A stretch of DNA of 63,692 nucleotides, filler included, from Chiloscyllium plagiosum (GCF_004010195.1; 4 parts of one record of this genome joined end to end with filler, not necessarily neighbours in it); one strand, 5' to 3'; positions 40,401 through 52,329 are shown, counted from the first letter of the whole stretch. Numbers and translations are program-made. Notes: generated from the sequence alone by a model not told the origin.

Positions 40401-43400
40401 GCACTGGGACCACTTGTTGCCACGAGGTCCGCACTGGGACCACTCGCTGCCACGAGGTCCACACTGGGACCACTCGTTGCCACGAGGTCCGCACTGGGAC
40501 CACTCGTTGCCACCACGAGGTCTGCACTGGTACCACTCGCTGTCACCACAAGGTCCGCACTGGGACCACTCGGTGTCACCACGAGGTCCGCACTGGGACC
40601 ACTTGTTGCCACCACGAGATCAGCACTGTGACTATTCACGGCCACCATCAGGTCAGCACTGGGACCACTCACTGCCACGAGGTCAGCACTGGGACCACTC
40701 GCTGCCACCACGAAATCCACGGAGGGACCATTCGCTGCCACCACGAGGTCAGCACTGGGACCACTCACTCTTACCACGACGTCCACACTGGGACCACTCA
40801 CTGCCACCATGAGGTCCGCATTGGGACCACTCGCTGCAACCACGAGGTCCGCGCTGGGATCACTCGCTGCAACCACGAGGTCTGCGCTGGGACCACTCGC
40901 TAACACCACGAGGTCAGCACTGTGACCACTCACTGTCACCATGAGGTCAGCACTGGGACCACTCGCTGACACCACGAGGCCAGCACTGGGACCACTCGCT
41001 GCCACCATGAGATCAGCACTGGGACCACACCCTGCCACCATGAGGTCCGCACTGGGACCACCTCCTGCGACCACGTGGTCAGCACTGGGACCACTCGCTG
41101 ACACCATGAGATCAGCACTGGGACCACTCACAGCCAGCATGAGGTCAGCACTGGGACCACTCGCTGACACCACGAGGTCTGCACAGGGACCACTCGTTGA
41201 CACCACGAGGTCTGCACTGGGACCACTCGTTGCCACTAGGTCCGCACTGGGACCACTCGTTACCACGAGGTCCGCACTGGGACCACTTGTTGCCACCACG
41301 AGGTCCGCACTGGGACCACTCGCTGTCACCACGATGTCCGCATTGGGACCACTCGTTGCCACCATGAGGTCAGCACTGTGACCATTCACGGCCACCATCA
41401 GGTCAGCACTGGGACCACTCACTGCCACGAGGTCAGCACTGGGACCACTCGCTGCCACCACGAAATCCACGGAGGGACCATTCACTGCCACCACGAGGTC
41501 AGCACTGGGACCACTCACTCTTACCATGGTGTCCGCACTGGGACTACTCACTGTCACCATAAGGTCCGCGCTGCGACCATTCGCTGCCACCACTAGGTCA
41601 GCGCTAGGACGACTCACTCCCACCATACGGTCAGCACTGGGACGACTCACTCCCACCATTAGGTCAGCACTGGAACGACTCCCTGCCACCACAAGGTCCG
41701 CACTGGGACCACTCGCTGCCACAATGAGGTCAGCACTGGGACCACGCGCTGCCACCACGAGGTCAGCACTGGGACCACGCGCTGCCACCATGAGGTCCGC
41801 ACTGGGACCACTCGCTTCCACAATGAGGTCAGCACTGGGACCACTCGCCGCCACCATGAGGTCAGCACTGGGTCCTCTCGCTGTCACCACGGGGTCAGCA
41901 CTGGGAACACTCGCTGTCACCACGAGGTCAGTATTGGGACCACTCGCTATCCCATGAGGTCAGCACTGGAACCCCTCACTGCCACCATGAAGTCAGCACT
42001 GGGACCACTCGCTGCCACCACGAGGTCAGCACTGGGACAACTCATTGCCATGAGGTCAGCACTAGAACGACTCACTGCCACCATGAGGTCAGTACTGGGA
42101 CCACACCCTGCGACCCCGTGGTCAGCACTGGGACCATTCCCAGCCACCATGAAATCTGCACGGGGACCACTGAATGCCACCATGAAGTTAACACTGGGAC
42201 CACTCGCTGCCACCATGAGATCAGCACTGGGACCACTCACTGCGACCACGAGGTCAGCACTGGGACCACTCGCTGTCACCATGAGGTCAGCATTGGGACC
42301 ACTCGCTATCACCATGAGGTCAGCACTGGAACCCCTCACTGCCACCATGAGGTCCACACTGGGACCACTCGCTGCCACCACGAGGTCCGCACTGGGACCA
42401 CTCGCTGCCACCATTAGGTCAGCGCTAGGACGACTCACTCCCACCATACGGTCAGCACTGGGACGACTCACTCCCACCATTAGGTCAGCACTGGAACGAC
42501 TCCCTGCCACCACAAGTTCCGCACTGGGACCACTCGCTGCCACAATGAGGTCAGCACTGGGACCACGCGCTGCCACCATGAGGTCCGCACTGGGACCACN
42601 NNNNNNNNNNNNNNNNNNNNNNNNNNNNNNNNNNNNNNNNNNNNNNNNNNNNNNNNNNNNNNNNNNNNNNNNNNNNNNNNNNNNNNNNNNNNNNNNNNNN
42701 NNNNNNNNNNNNNNNNNNNNNNNNNNNNNNNNNNNNNNNNNNNNNNNNNNNNNNNNNNNNNNNNNNNNNNNNNNNNNNNNNNNNNNNNNNNNNNNNNNNN
42801 NNNNNNNNNNNNNNNNNNNNNNNNNNNNNNNNNNNNNNNNNNNNNNNNNNNNNNNNNNNNNNNNNNNNNNNNNNNNNNNNNNNNNNNNNNNNNNNNNNNN
42901 NNNNNNNNNNNNNNNNNNNNNNNNNNNNNNNNNNNNNNNNNNNNNNNNNNNNNNNNNNNNNNNNNNNNNNNNNNNNNNNNNNNNNNNNNNNNNNNNNNNN
43001 NNNNNNNNNNNNNNNNNNNNNNNNNNNNNNNNNNNNNNNNNNNNNNNNNNNNNNNNNNNNNNNNNNNNGTTAACACTGGGACCACTCGCTGCCACCATGA
43101 AGTTAACACTGGGACCACCCGCTGCCACCATGAGGTCAGCACTGGGACCACTCGCTGACACCATGAGGCCAGCACTGGGACCACTTCCTGCGACCACGTG
43201 GTCAGCACTGGGACCACTCCCAGCCACCATGAGAGCAGCACTGGGACCACTCACTGACACCATGAAGTTAACACTGGGACCAACCGCTGCCACCATGAGG
43301 TCAGCACTGGGACCACTCGCTGCCACCATGAGATCAGCACTGGGACCACACCCTGCCACCATGAGGTCCGCACTGGGACCACCTCCTGCGACCAAGTGTT

Positions 43401-44051
43401 CAGCACTGGGACCACTCGCTGACACCATGAGATCAGCACTGGGACCACTCACTGACACCACAAGGTCTGCACTGGGACCACTCGTTGCCACGAAGTCCGC
43501 ACTGGGACTACTCGTTACCACGAGGTCTGCACTGGTACCATTCGCTGTCACCACGAGGTCCGCACTGGAACCACTCGCTGTCACCACGAGGTCCGCACTG
43601 GGACCACTCGTTGCCATTACGAGGTCAGCACTGTGACCATTCACGGCCACCATCAGGTCAGCACTGGGACCACTCACTGCCATGAGGTCAGCACTGGGAC
43701 CACTCGCTGCCACCACGAAATCCACAGAGGGACCATTCGCTGCCACCACGAGCTCAGCACTGGGACCACTCACTCTTACCACGATGTCCGCACTGGGACT
43801 ACTCACTGTCACCATAAGGTCCGCGCTGCGACCATGTGCTGCCACCATGAGGTCCGCACTGGGACCACTCGCTGCCACCACGAGGTCCGCACTGGGACCA
43901 CTCGCTGCCACCACTAGGTCAGCGCTAGGACGACTCACTCCCACCATTAGGTCAGCACTGGAACGACTCCCTGCCACCACAAGTTCCGCACTGGGACCAC
44001 TCGCTGCCACAATGAGGTCAGCACTGGGACCACGCGCTGCCACCACGAGGT
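22460..44051. repeat. Giant 33-bp minisatellite array, consensus GAGGTCAGCACTGGGACCACTCGCTGCCACCAC, about 620 sequenced units, with 3 internal gaps
   Basis: Directly visible periodicity, with 30-bp variants from CAC loss and higher-order blocks. Gaps at 29102-29601, 34776-34875 and 42600-43068. The right end abuts a gap, so the true size is unknown. Confidence 0.97.
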
Positions 44052-44151
44052 NNNNNNNNNNNNNNNNNNNNNNNNNNNNNNNNNNNNNNNNNNNNTTAAT
44101 TAATTAANNNNNNNNNNNNNNNNNNNNNNNNNNNNNNNNNNNNNNNNNNNN

Positions 44152-44455
44152 ATATCAATTACGTCCTTGCCTTGAAGCTTACTTTTCCAGGCCACACATC
44201 CTAGTTCATGCCTCACCGCATCATAATTTCCTTGCCCCCAGCTATAACTCTTGCCCTGTAGTGCACACTTATCCCTCTCCATCACTAGAGTAAAAGTCAC
44301 CGAATTGTGGTCACTGTCCCCAAAGTGCTCACCTACCTCTAATTCTAACACCTGGCCTGGTTCATTACCCAGAACCAAATCCAGTATGGCCTCACCTCTT
44401 GTTGGCCTATCTACATATTGTGTCAGGAAACCCTCCTGCACACATTGGACAAACA
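44152..44455 (-). mobile_element. CR1 ORF2 endonuclease fragment
   Basis: FLTQYVDRPTRGEAILDLVLGN...EHFGDSDHNSVTF. Confidence 0.9.
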
Positions 44456-44779
44456 ATGATCTTCTAAAATTTAACAACTGAAAATGCATATTTGGGAAAA
44501 GGCAATTCCGTATTTATTGCCCATCCTTAGTTGCCAAATAGACAGAAAGGGTAACTAGATAACATGGGACAGGATCACATATAGGCCTGACCATATGAGA
44601 GTGACTATTTCACTTCTCTCAGGAACAGTTATGAAACCATGGTGTTTTTACAGTAATCTGACAGCTTTCATTTCGTTTATACTTTTTATGGCACTGTACG
44701 ACAAATTATCAGATTTATGGAGTTCAAATTACACACTTTCCACCTGTAGAGAGAAACAGAAGTTTTCTGTTGACTTAAT

Positions 44780-44860
44780 CTGATGACAGGTCACCACGAC
44801 CTGAAACATTAAAACCATTTCTCTCTCCACAGTCTCTGCCAGTACTTCCAGCAATTTTTA
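44780..44860 (+). mobile_element. Penelope-type terminus with a hammerhead-like motif
   Basis: CTGATGA-C-AGGTC(ACCAC)GACCT-GAAAC-ATT followed by ttctctctccacag. Confidence 0.55.
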
Positions 44861-44877
44861 ATGTTCAGTTTTTCAAC

Positions 44878-45530
44878 ATAGTGGAGTCGCAGGTATATAG
44901 GATAGTGAACAAGGCATTTGGTATGCTTTCTTTTATTGGCCAGAGTATTGAGTACAGGAGTTGGGAGGTAATGTTGTGGCTGTGCAGGACATTGGTTAGG
45001 CCACTGTTGCAATTCTGGTCTCCTTCCTATCGGAAAGATGTTGCGAAACTTGAAAGGGTTCAGAAAAGATTTACAAGGATGTTGCCAGGGTTTGAGGATT
45101 TGAGCTATAGGGAGAGGCTGAATAGGCTGGGGCTGTTTTCCCTGGAGCATCAGAGGCTGAGAGGTGACCTTATAGAGGTTTACACAGGATATGGATAGGA
45201 TAAATTGACAAAGTCTTTTCCCTGGGGTCGGGAGTCCAGAACTAGAGGGCATAGGTTTAGGGCGAGAGGGGAAAGGTATAAAAGAGACCTAAGGGAAAAC
45301 TTTTTCACACAGAGGGTGGTACGTATATGGAATGAGCTGCCAGAGGAAGTGGTGGAGGCTGGTACAATTGCAACATTTAAGAGTCATTTGGGTGGGTATA
45401 TGAATAGGAAAGGTTTGAAGGGCCAGGTGCTGGCAGGTGGGACTAGATTGGGTTGGGATATCTGGTCGGCATGGACAGGTTGGACTGAAGGGTCTGTTTC
45501 CATACTGTACATCTCTATGATTCTATGACT
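44878..45530 (+). mobile_element. CR1 LINE 3' end
   Basis: KAFGMLSFIGQSIEYRS, FWSPSYRKD and NFFTQRVVRIWNELP; tail ctctatgattctatgact. Confidence 0.92.
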
Positions 45531-46580
45531 CATTGCAGCTTCTGTACAATGTTGCTTTTCTACACATAGTGGGATGGGATCATTAAACTTCTGGTCTTTC
45601 AGCTTCGGACTATAACTGCTATATAAAAACAGTGTAGTAAGTTAGGGTTAAGACATTTAGGGTCCCGAATTTCTTCAGGACTCTCTTGGACTCCTGGAAC
45701 CCACAGGAAAATGGCCAAACTTCTCATAGAATCCAAGACTTGGCATTTGGGCCTGACAAGAACTGAATGCCCACTACCTTTTCCAATACCTTCAGAGAGG
45801 CAGGGACTCCCTTTGGTGGTAGTTCCTGCTTCCTTGCTTCAGCAAATGGCCTGGTGAAATGTTGCAGTCTGACACATGGAGGAAGATGAGTCATAGTGCA
45901 CTCCAGGAGGATGTCGATTGTTAATCAGCTCCATGATATGGGAACAAATATAGGAGTGGGATTGACAGGTCTACCCAAGGGTCAAATTGTCTCCTTGTGA
46001 TGATATTTTATTTATTTATTAGATAGACATACAGCGCAGGCAAATAATTCCCTGTCACATGGATGTGCACTTGTAAAGCCACCAAGACATAACCCAGACA
46101 GCCTTTAGTTGTGTTTTTATTTTAAACAACACCTTTGAAGGCAAAACTGAACAGAAAAAGATTAAATCCAGATTTCCACATTCAAACTATATTTTCGGTA
46201 ATGGTATTGCTAAAATCCTCAGTGGATAAAGAATATTCAATCACGCTTTGAGAGAAAATAAATGGCGAAGTGGGAAAACTAAAACAGAAACGATTAAAAC
46301 ACTCAGCTTGAGTCTGTCAGAATCTAAAGAGAGAATAGTCGGCTGAATGTTTCAGTTTGGGGTCTCTTCATCCTTAACTCAACCTATTTATTTTTCTTCC
46401 CAGATGCTGATAAGTTATTTCCTTTGCATTCAGTAAAGGGACAGCTCCTATTGTTCCACTCAAAATTCAGGCTCTGGCAGGAGAACATCAATCTTGTCAC
46501 CTGATGTACTTATAATATCAGGTCAAATAAACCTTCAGAGAAGAAGTGGTTCCCAGTAAACCTAAATTATTCCGATATAT

Positions 46581-46882
46581 TTAGATTAGATTACTTACAG
46601 TGTGGAAACAGGCCCTTCGGCCCAACAAGCCCACACCGACCCTCCAAAGAACAACCCAACCAGACCCACTCTCCTACATCTAACTCTACGGGCAATTTAG
46701 CATGGCCAATTCACCTGACCTGCACATTTTCGGACTGTGGGAGGAAACCGGAGCACCCGGAGGAAACCCACGCAGACACGGGGAGAATGTGCAAACTCCA
46801 CACAGATAGTTGCCTGAGGCAGGAATTGAACCCAGGTCTCTGGCGCTGTGAGGCAGCAATGCTAACCACTGTGCCACCGTGC
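46581..46882 (-). mobile_element. HE1-type V-SINE, near full length
   Basis: Minus strand has gcacggtggcacagtggttagc (A box), gggttcaattcc (B box), the V-domain gtggagtttgcacattctccccgtgtctgcgtggg, and a (TAATC)n tail. Confidence 0.9.
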
Positions 46883-46884
46883 GT

Positions 46885-46974
46885 GGCTCGTTGGTCTGGG
46901 GGTATGATTCTCGCTTTGGGTCTTCTTCTACGCAGACTTGCGAGAAATCCCGGGTTCAAATCCCGGATGAGCCC
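46885..46974 (+). tRNA. trnP-UGG: tRNA-Pro(UGG) gene or pseudogene with an 18-nt intron at 46921-46938
   Basis: GGCTCGTTGGTCTGGGGGTATGATTCTCGCTT-TGG-G[TCTTCTTCTACGCAGACT]TGCGAGAAATCCCGGGTTCAAATCCCGGATGAGCCC. Removing the insert gives a 72-nt vertebrate-type tRNA-Pro with about 4 substitutions: A14>G, GG>AA in the variable loop, and C67>T. Confidence 0.88.
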
Positions 46975-47365
46975 CCATATCATGACTTGTGCAAAAGTGC
47001 CCGATTCATTTTCTCAAAAAGCACCTTTGTTAAACGAGGTTGGGCTCCCTGTAGAACGAAAGGGGCAGAAAGCAGGGAAGTGAAATGATTGGAGATAGCG
47101 TTGAACAGGTTGACGTGAGTGGTGCGGTGTTTGAGGAATGTCAGCGATGAGGGTATGTTGGAAAATTGGAACAGCTCTTTATTGTGTTATACTCTGATAA
47201 CACATCACCTCAAATCTCCTACCAGTGGTAAGATCTGTAATCACCATTAATTCACTTTACTGATATGTAGGTGAAGTATCCGCACACGCTCCTAGATTTG
47301 GAGGCATGGAGTTATGCCTGTGCTTCTGGATGTTTTTGACAGTTCGCGGAGGCTGGTTAGATTTA

Positions 47366-47563
<198 letters not shown>

Positions 47564-47751
47564 TTACTTGCAGTTTCAATAACCCCAAAGTACATTCTCT
47601 CCCCCCAACTTACAGCTTCTAAACTATGACGCGTTGGTGAACTTTGCTTTAAATCTTAGCAGCATAATATCCCAACAGGATGCTCGATTCTATCTTCAAT
47701 TCACGTATTTTGGCAGCTGAACCAACTAACAATAATGAGAAATAAATACTA

Positions 47752-48062
47752 TTAGATTAGATTACTTACAGTGTGTAAACAGGCCCTTCGGCCCAACAAG
47801 TCCACACCGCCCCGCCGAAGCGCAACCCACCCATACCCCTACATGTACCCCTTACCTAACACTACGGGCAATTTAGCATGGCCAATTCACCTGACCTGCA
47901 CATCTTTGGACTGTGGGAGGAAACCGGAGCACCCGGAGGAAACCCACGCAGACACGGGGAGAACGTGCAAACTCCACACAGTCGGTCGCCTGAGGCGGGA
48001 ATTGAACCCGGGTCTCTGGCGCTGTGAGGCAGCAGTGCTAACCACTGTGCCACCGTGCCGCC
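47752..48062 (-). mobile_element. HE1-type V-SINE, full length and young (CpGs retained)
   Basis: Intact A and B boxes, V-domain and (TAATC)n tail. Confidence 0.92.
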
Positions 48063-48353
48063 CATATAATAAATGTTTTTCAATCTCTGGATAAATTGAG
48101 CTATATTTTGTGGTGGCCTGCATCTGAGCCTTGCCTCATTCAATAAGGAGGCCATTTGGTCCATCGTGCCTCACCCAGTTTTTCAAACAAGCATCATTAC
48201 TTAGTGCCAGCCCTGTCCTCTTGAATGCCTCAACTGAATGAATACATACTTGAGTCAGTGAAGATTGCAGGAGGACATGCCAGGTCCAGTACCAAGTATA
48301 TATAGAAAATGAGGAGTCAACCTGTTGAAGCTACCAAACAAAACTACTTTCAT

Positions 48354-48415
48354 TGTGGCAGAGTCAGTAGAATCCCTAATTCTGAGCCAATAGCTCTGGG
48401 TTCAAGCTCCGCTTC
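48354..48415 (+). mobile_element. Degenerate tRNA-like SINE head
   Basis: tggcagagtcagtag...gggttcaagctcc (A-box-like and B-box-like). Confidence 0.35.
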
Positions 48416-49664
48416 AGCTCTTAACAGCCAAACAGGTTGATTAACACTCTGCAAATCCTTCCTAGCCACTTGTGGCAGGTAACAAGAGTTGGAAAATCTC
48501 CTTCTCAGCTAGGCTTGACACAGAGCAGCAACCCAAAAGCAATAACCTTTCAGAAAGATGAGAAACATGTCCCAGAAAAACGTGCTTTTGAAACACATGC
48601 TTTGTCTGCCTGATGCACCACTAGGTGTAGGAAGAGAAAAGCAGAGAGGCAGTAGCTTCCATTGGTGGAGATTTCTCTTATTGTACAGGATCCCCTTCTG
48701 GTTAAGATGAGGATCTAGCCACTCCCCACCCTGTTCATTTAATGGAAAAGAGGTTCTGAACTGTGGCAGTTCTTGCCCTCTGGATGATCGGAGTTAGCTG
48801 GGGCTGGGTTAAGCTTCTAAGGCCATTTTACAATCCATAAATATCTATCTATGGCATAATTATGATCTGATGACAGTTCATGAATATGAGAACAAAAATA
48901 GTATTTTTGGCATCTGTTTAAAGATTATTTTGGCATCCTTCATTGCCTGCAGGTCAAATGGCTGGTAAATTGTTCACAATCAATGCAATGAATTGGAGGT
49001 CTGGATCATTGTAAGCCCATCCTGGAAATGCAAGAGCTCTAAAAAGAATAGAAAGCAAAGCAGTGCAAAATGAGAAAGCTGTAGGAACGAGAGAGGGCCA
49101 GGCTGACAGAAGAGGTGGACAAAGGAGCAGCAAGGTTAGTGAACAACCAGAAGGAAGACAGCTGAGATTGAGGAGAAACAATTCTAGAAATAATCCACAC
49201 ATGACAGAGCTCATTTCACTCCTGTAATTGGTTGTTTACAGCAATGTTTTATTCTTGTGATCAATGGATTATGGAACACCTTTATTCATAAATGCAAATT
49301 GACAAGGTGCAGATTCCATTCTTGTTCACTTGTGGTGGTGGTTGTGGTTGGGGATCAGTCTAAGCACTATTTTACACCTCCAGCTGCCTGGTTTGCAGAA
49401 CACTACAAAACATAGAAACCTGATCAGTGAAGGTAACTGAGCTTTGTACCCATGACATCACTTGAAGAGGAACTGAGATGTATTTGACTATCCAGGGCCC
49501 TCCTTGTACAGTATTGGACTACTGTCTAATATTACTTCTCTTGCATAATAAATACTTACCCTTGATGACGGTCCATTGTGTACTGTTTCTGTTGTGAGGA
49601 ACCTAAACAAACACAGAAGAAATTAGATACAGATTTTTCACTTACAGGACAATTCCAAAGGAAA

Positions 49665-49760
49665 GCCTTGCTTTTACAGAGCATCTTTCACATCCCAAGA
49701 CATTTCACAGCCAATAAAGGACTGTTTTGAAGTGTAGTCATTGACTGATGCAGGATATAG
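49665..49760 (-). mobile_element. DeuSINE (AmnSINE1/SacSINE1-like) 3' fragment
   Basis: Plus strand catcccaagacatttcacagccaataaagg...ttttgaagtgtagtca resembles the reverse complement of the Deu-SINE 3' region. Confidence 0.5.
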
Positions 49761-50549
49761 TTGTCTTATCACTAAGACTTCAGTACAGCTGGCCTGGGAA
49801 ATTACAATCAGTTGGACTTCACCATTTGTAAGAACCATTACACTGAATTGTTATGATTATATGAATGAAATCATATTAGGTTGCAGCATATGGCAGCTTA
49901 TTAAGTAAATAATATTGGCAAGCTTCTATAAAAGAGCTCCCTCAAATGACTCAGTGCCCTGCAGTATTGAAGCAGTCAAAGCAGATCCCAGTTCGACCCT
50001 TTAGCTAGAGTGAATCAGCTGTTCTTGGTCACATCAGTCACAAGGTTGCTAAATGGATCTAAGCATTCATGAGCTGTAGAAGAGCATAGAGAGGAAAGAC
50101 AATCAGTCTGGTTGTCACTATGGCTGAAATCGGGCTCAGATGTGAAACCCTCCCACACTTTAAAACAACCTACTCACGCTCCTTCTTTGCACTTCCCCAT
50201 GTGGATGAGATATGAGACAATTGCTAGCGCTGATGGAAATCTACCAAGTACAACTCCATGGCAGAGGAAAGAGAAATTGGGAAAAGAAGGCTTCCATTAA
50301 GCTGGCTTCATGTGATCAAGACTGGTTCACACACTGACTCATTTACATCAGCCTGACTACAGTCGCACAGTTTTAGCATATCAGTGCACATCATCAGGAG
50401 CTTTCAAATTCTCATCCTTGTATTTAATCTCTCCATGACCTCCCATTCCAGGTCTCTTCAACCTCCTCCAGACTTCACAGTCCAGTCCGAAGTCCCTAAC
50501 TCCTTACTTTGGGATAGTCTCCAAACAACTCAGCTAGTTAAAACATTAA

Positions 50550-50655
50550 TTCTATCAGAGGGGGCAAGTACGGCCTTGGTTTGATAGCTCACCCGAATGA
50601 AACCTTCAGACAACCCTTATCACTTCACTGGGAGAATCAATCTGGATCATATTCA
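50550..50655 (-). mobile_element. DeuSINE-like 5'/central fragment
   Basis: ggccttggtttgatagctcacccgaatga...cactgggagaatcaatctggatcatat, degenerate similarity to the same family. Confidence 0.35.
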
Positions 50656-50750
50656 TTTTCCACTAACATGTAAGGTTTCAGTATCAAGATAGCTCCCCCA
50701 CAACCCTTGCCAACACCACCACCCTCTCCTGAAGACGCAACCTGCTTTCT

Positions 50751-51092
50751 GAATCATAGAATCCCGACAGTGCTGAAGGAGGCCATTCGGCTCATTAAGT
50801 TTTCACTGACCCTCCTGTGAGCATCCCACCCAGACCCAGGCCCTTACCCTCTCTCTGTAACCCCACATACCACCTAGCCTGCACAACCCTGGACATTACG
50901 GGACAATTTAGCATAGCCCATTCATCTTGCCTGCACACCTTTGGACTGCGGGAGGAAACCGGAGCACCCAGAGGAAACCCACGCAGACACAGGAAGAATG
51001 TGCAAACGCCACAGACTTTCGCTCAAGGCTGGAATCGAACCTGGGTCCCTGGCGCTGTGAGGCAGCAAGGCTAACACTGAGCCACCGTGCTG
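50751..51092 (-). mobile_element. HE1-type V-SINE
   Basis: A box, B box (ggttcgattcc) and V-domain. Confidence 0.85.
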
Positions 51093-51713
51093 CCAGTTTT
51101 GAGGAGAAGTCCAGAAGCACTGTCTAACATTGGAAACGTGGAGCACAAAATGACTTCCCACCTGTCATGCCTCGGCCAGCTTTTTCCTCGTCACAATCTC
51201 AAATTTGCTATGCCACATCTAATCATAGATCTTTAATAATGTAAATGAATTACGTCAACACCATTGCCCCTATCTAGTGTTTTGTCATTCCTTCAAAGTA
51301 TTCAGTTAGGTTGGACAACCATGACACAGCAGTCTGTGCTGACTACTCTCTATTGTATATTCAGATTACAGCTATTTAGAACATAATGGGTACTCATACT
51401 GAAGGAGATATTTTTAGATCTGAGCCCCACCCAAACACCCTGTCTTCTCTTTTATTCAAGTTGACAGACCTGCTAACAAATTACTTTGTTTCTCAGCATC
51501 AGACATTTCTAAATTTCTAAAAGACACAATCATTGCAAATTTATTGATAGAATTAATCAAAGTTGTTACTGAATAACTTATTTAAATGCAGCCACACATA
51601 CTAGTCCTGTTCTATATCCGGCTCTGAATGGGCTGATTTGACCCAAAGGGGAATACATTTAACAGTGGTATGAGAAATCATTCTTAATCCAATTTTCTCT
51701 CACTCTTACATAG

Positions 51714-52140
51714 TGACATGACCGTCCCCAGTGTTATAGAGAGAGACCTGTCCTCACCAGTACTATCCCAGCGTTATACACACAGACTTGTCCTTACCAG
51801 TACTACATTCCAGTATTATACAGAGACAGACCTGTCCCCACCAGTACTATGCCAGCGTTATACAGACACAGACCTGTCCCCAACACTACTTTACCCCGGT
51901 TATACAGACACAGACCTGTCCTTACCAGTACTATATCTGTGTTATACACACACAGACCTTACCAGTACTGCGCTCTAGTATTATACAGATACAGACCTAA
52001 CCCCATCAGTATTATACCCATGTTATACATAGACCTGTTCTTAGCAGTATTGCATTTGACAGACCTGTCCATTGTATAACAATATTGTTATACAATGACA
52101 GACCTGTCTCCACTAGTACAGTATCCTAGTTTTAGTTATA
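51714..52140. repeat. Degenerate ~42-44-bp satellite patch (acagacctgtccccaccagtact...gttatac)
   Basis: About 10 diverged tandem units of the same family as 54870-57345. Confidence 0.85.
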
Positions 52141-52329
52141 GATTTATTGTCATCTGTATATATAAAAATACAGTGAGAAGTTTTCTTGCACAATATACAC
52201 AAAGGATCACCTCGCTCCAACCCCATTTTGAATCACTGAACATAATGCAAGTTTTTACTGCAGTAGAGCTAATCTTCCTCTCTTCTGCTTGTTCCTCCTG
52301 CGTTGCTCCTCCACTCGCTGCTTGACATG

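Noticed and set aside
23152..43917. His/Cys-rich plus-strand ORFs (HHEVSTGTTRC) as a metal-binding or keratin-associated protein
   Set aside because: This is an alternative frame of the 33-mer with recurrent TGC>TGA stops and no unique flanking domains. Five of six frames are open in the consensus.
22438..44046. Giant minus-strand ORFs (up to 954 aa, SGPSADLVVAA repeats) as a real protein
   Set aside because: None of the consensus codons in this frame (AGT GGT CCC AGT GCT GAC CTC GTG GTG GCA GCG) is one substitution from a stop, so it stays open by default. It is broken by frameshifts every 1-3 kb, including the same 1-nt deletion at ~23390 and ~26565.
22460..44051. CRISPR-like array
   Set aside because: There are no unique spacers and no cas genes, and the context is a vertebrate genome.
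48950..49520. Purine-rich, coiled-coil-like stretch, possibly a Harbinger transposon relic or exon
   Set aside because: It has multiple stops and only vague motif similarity, so it is not supportable without a search.
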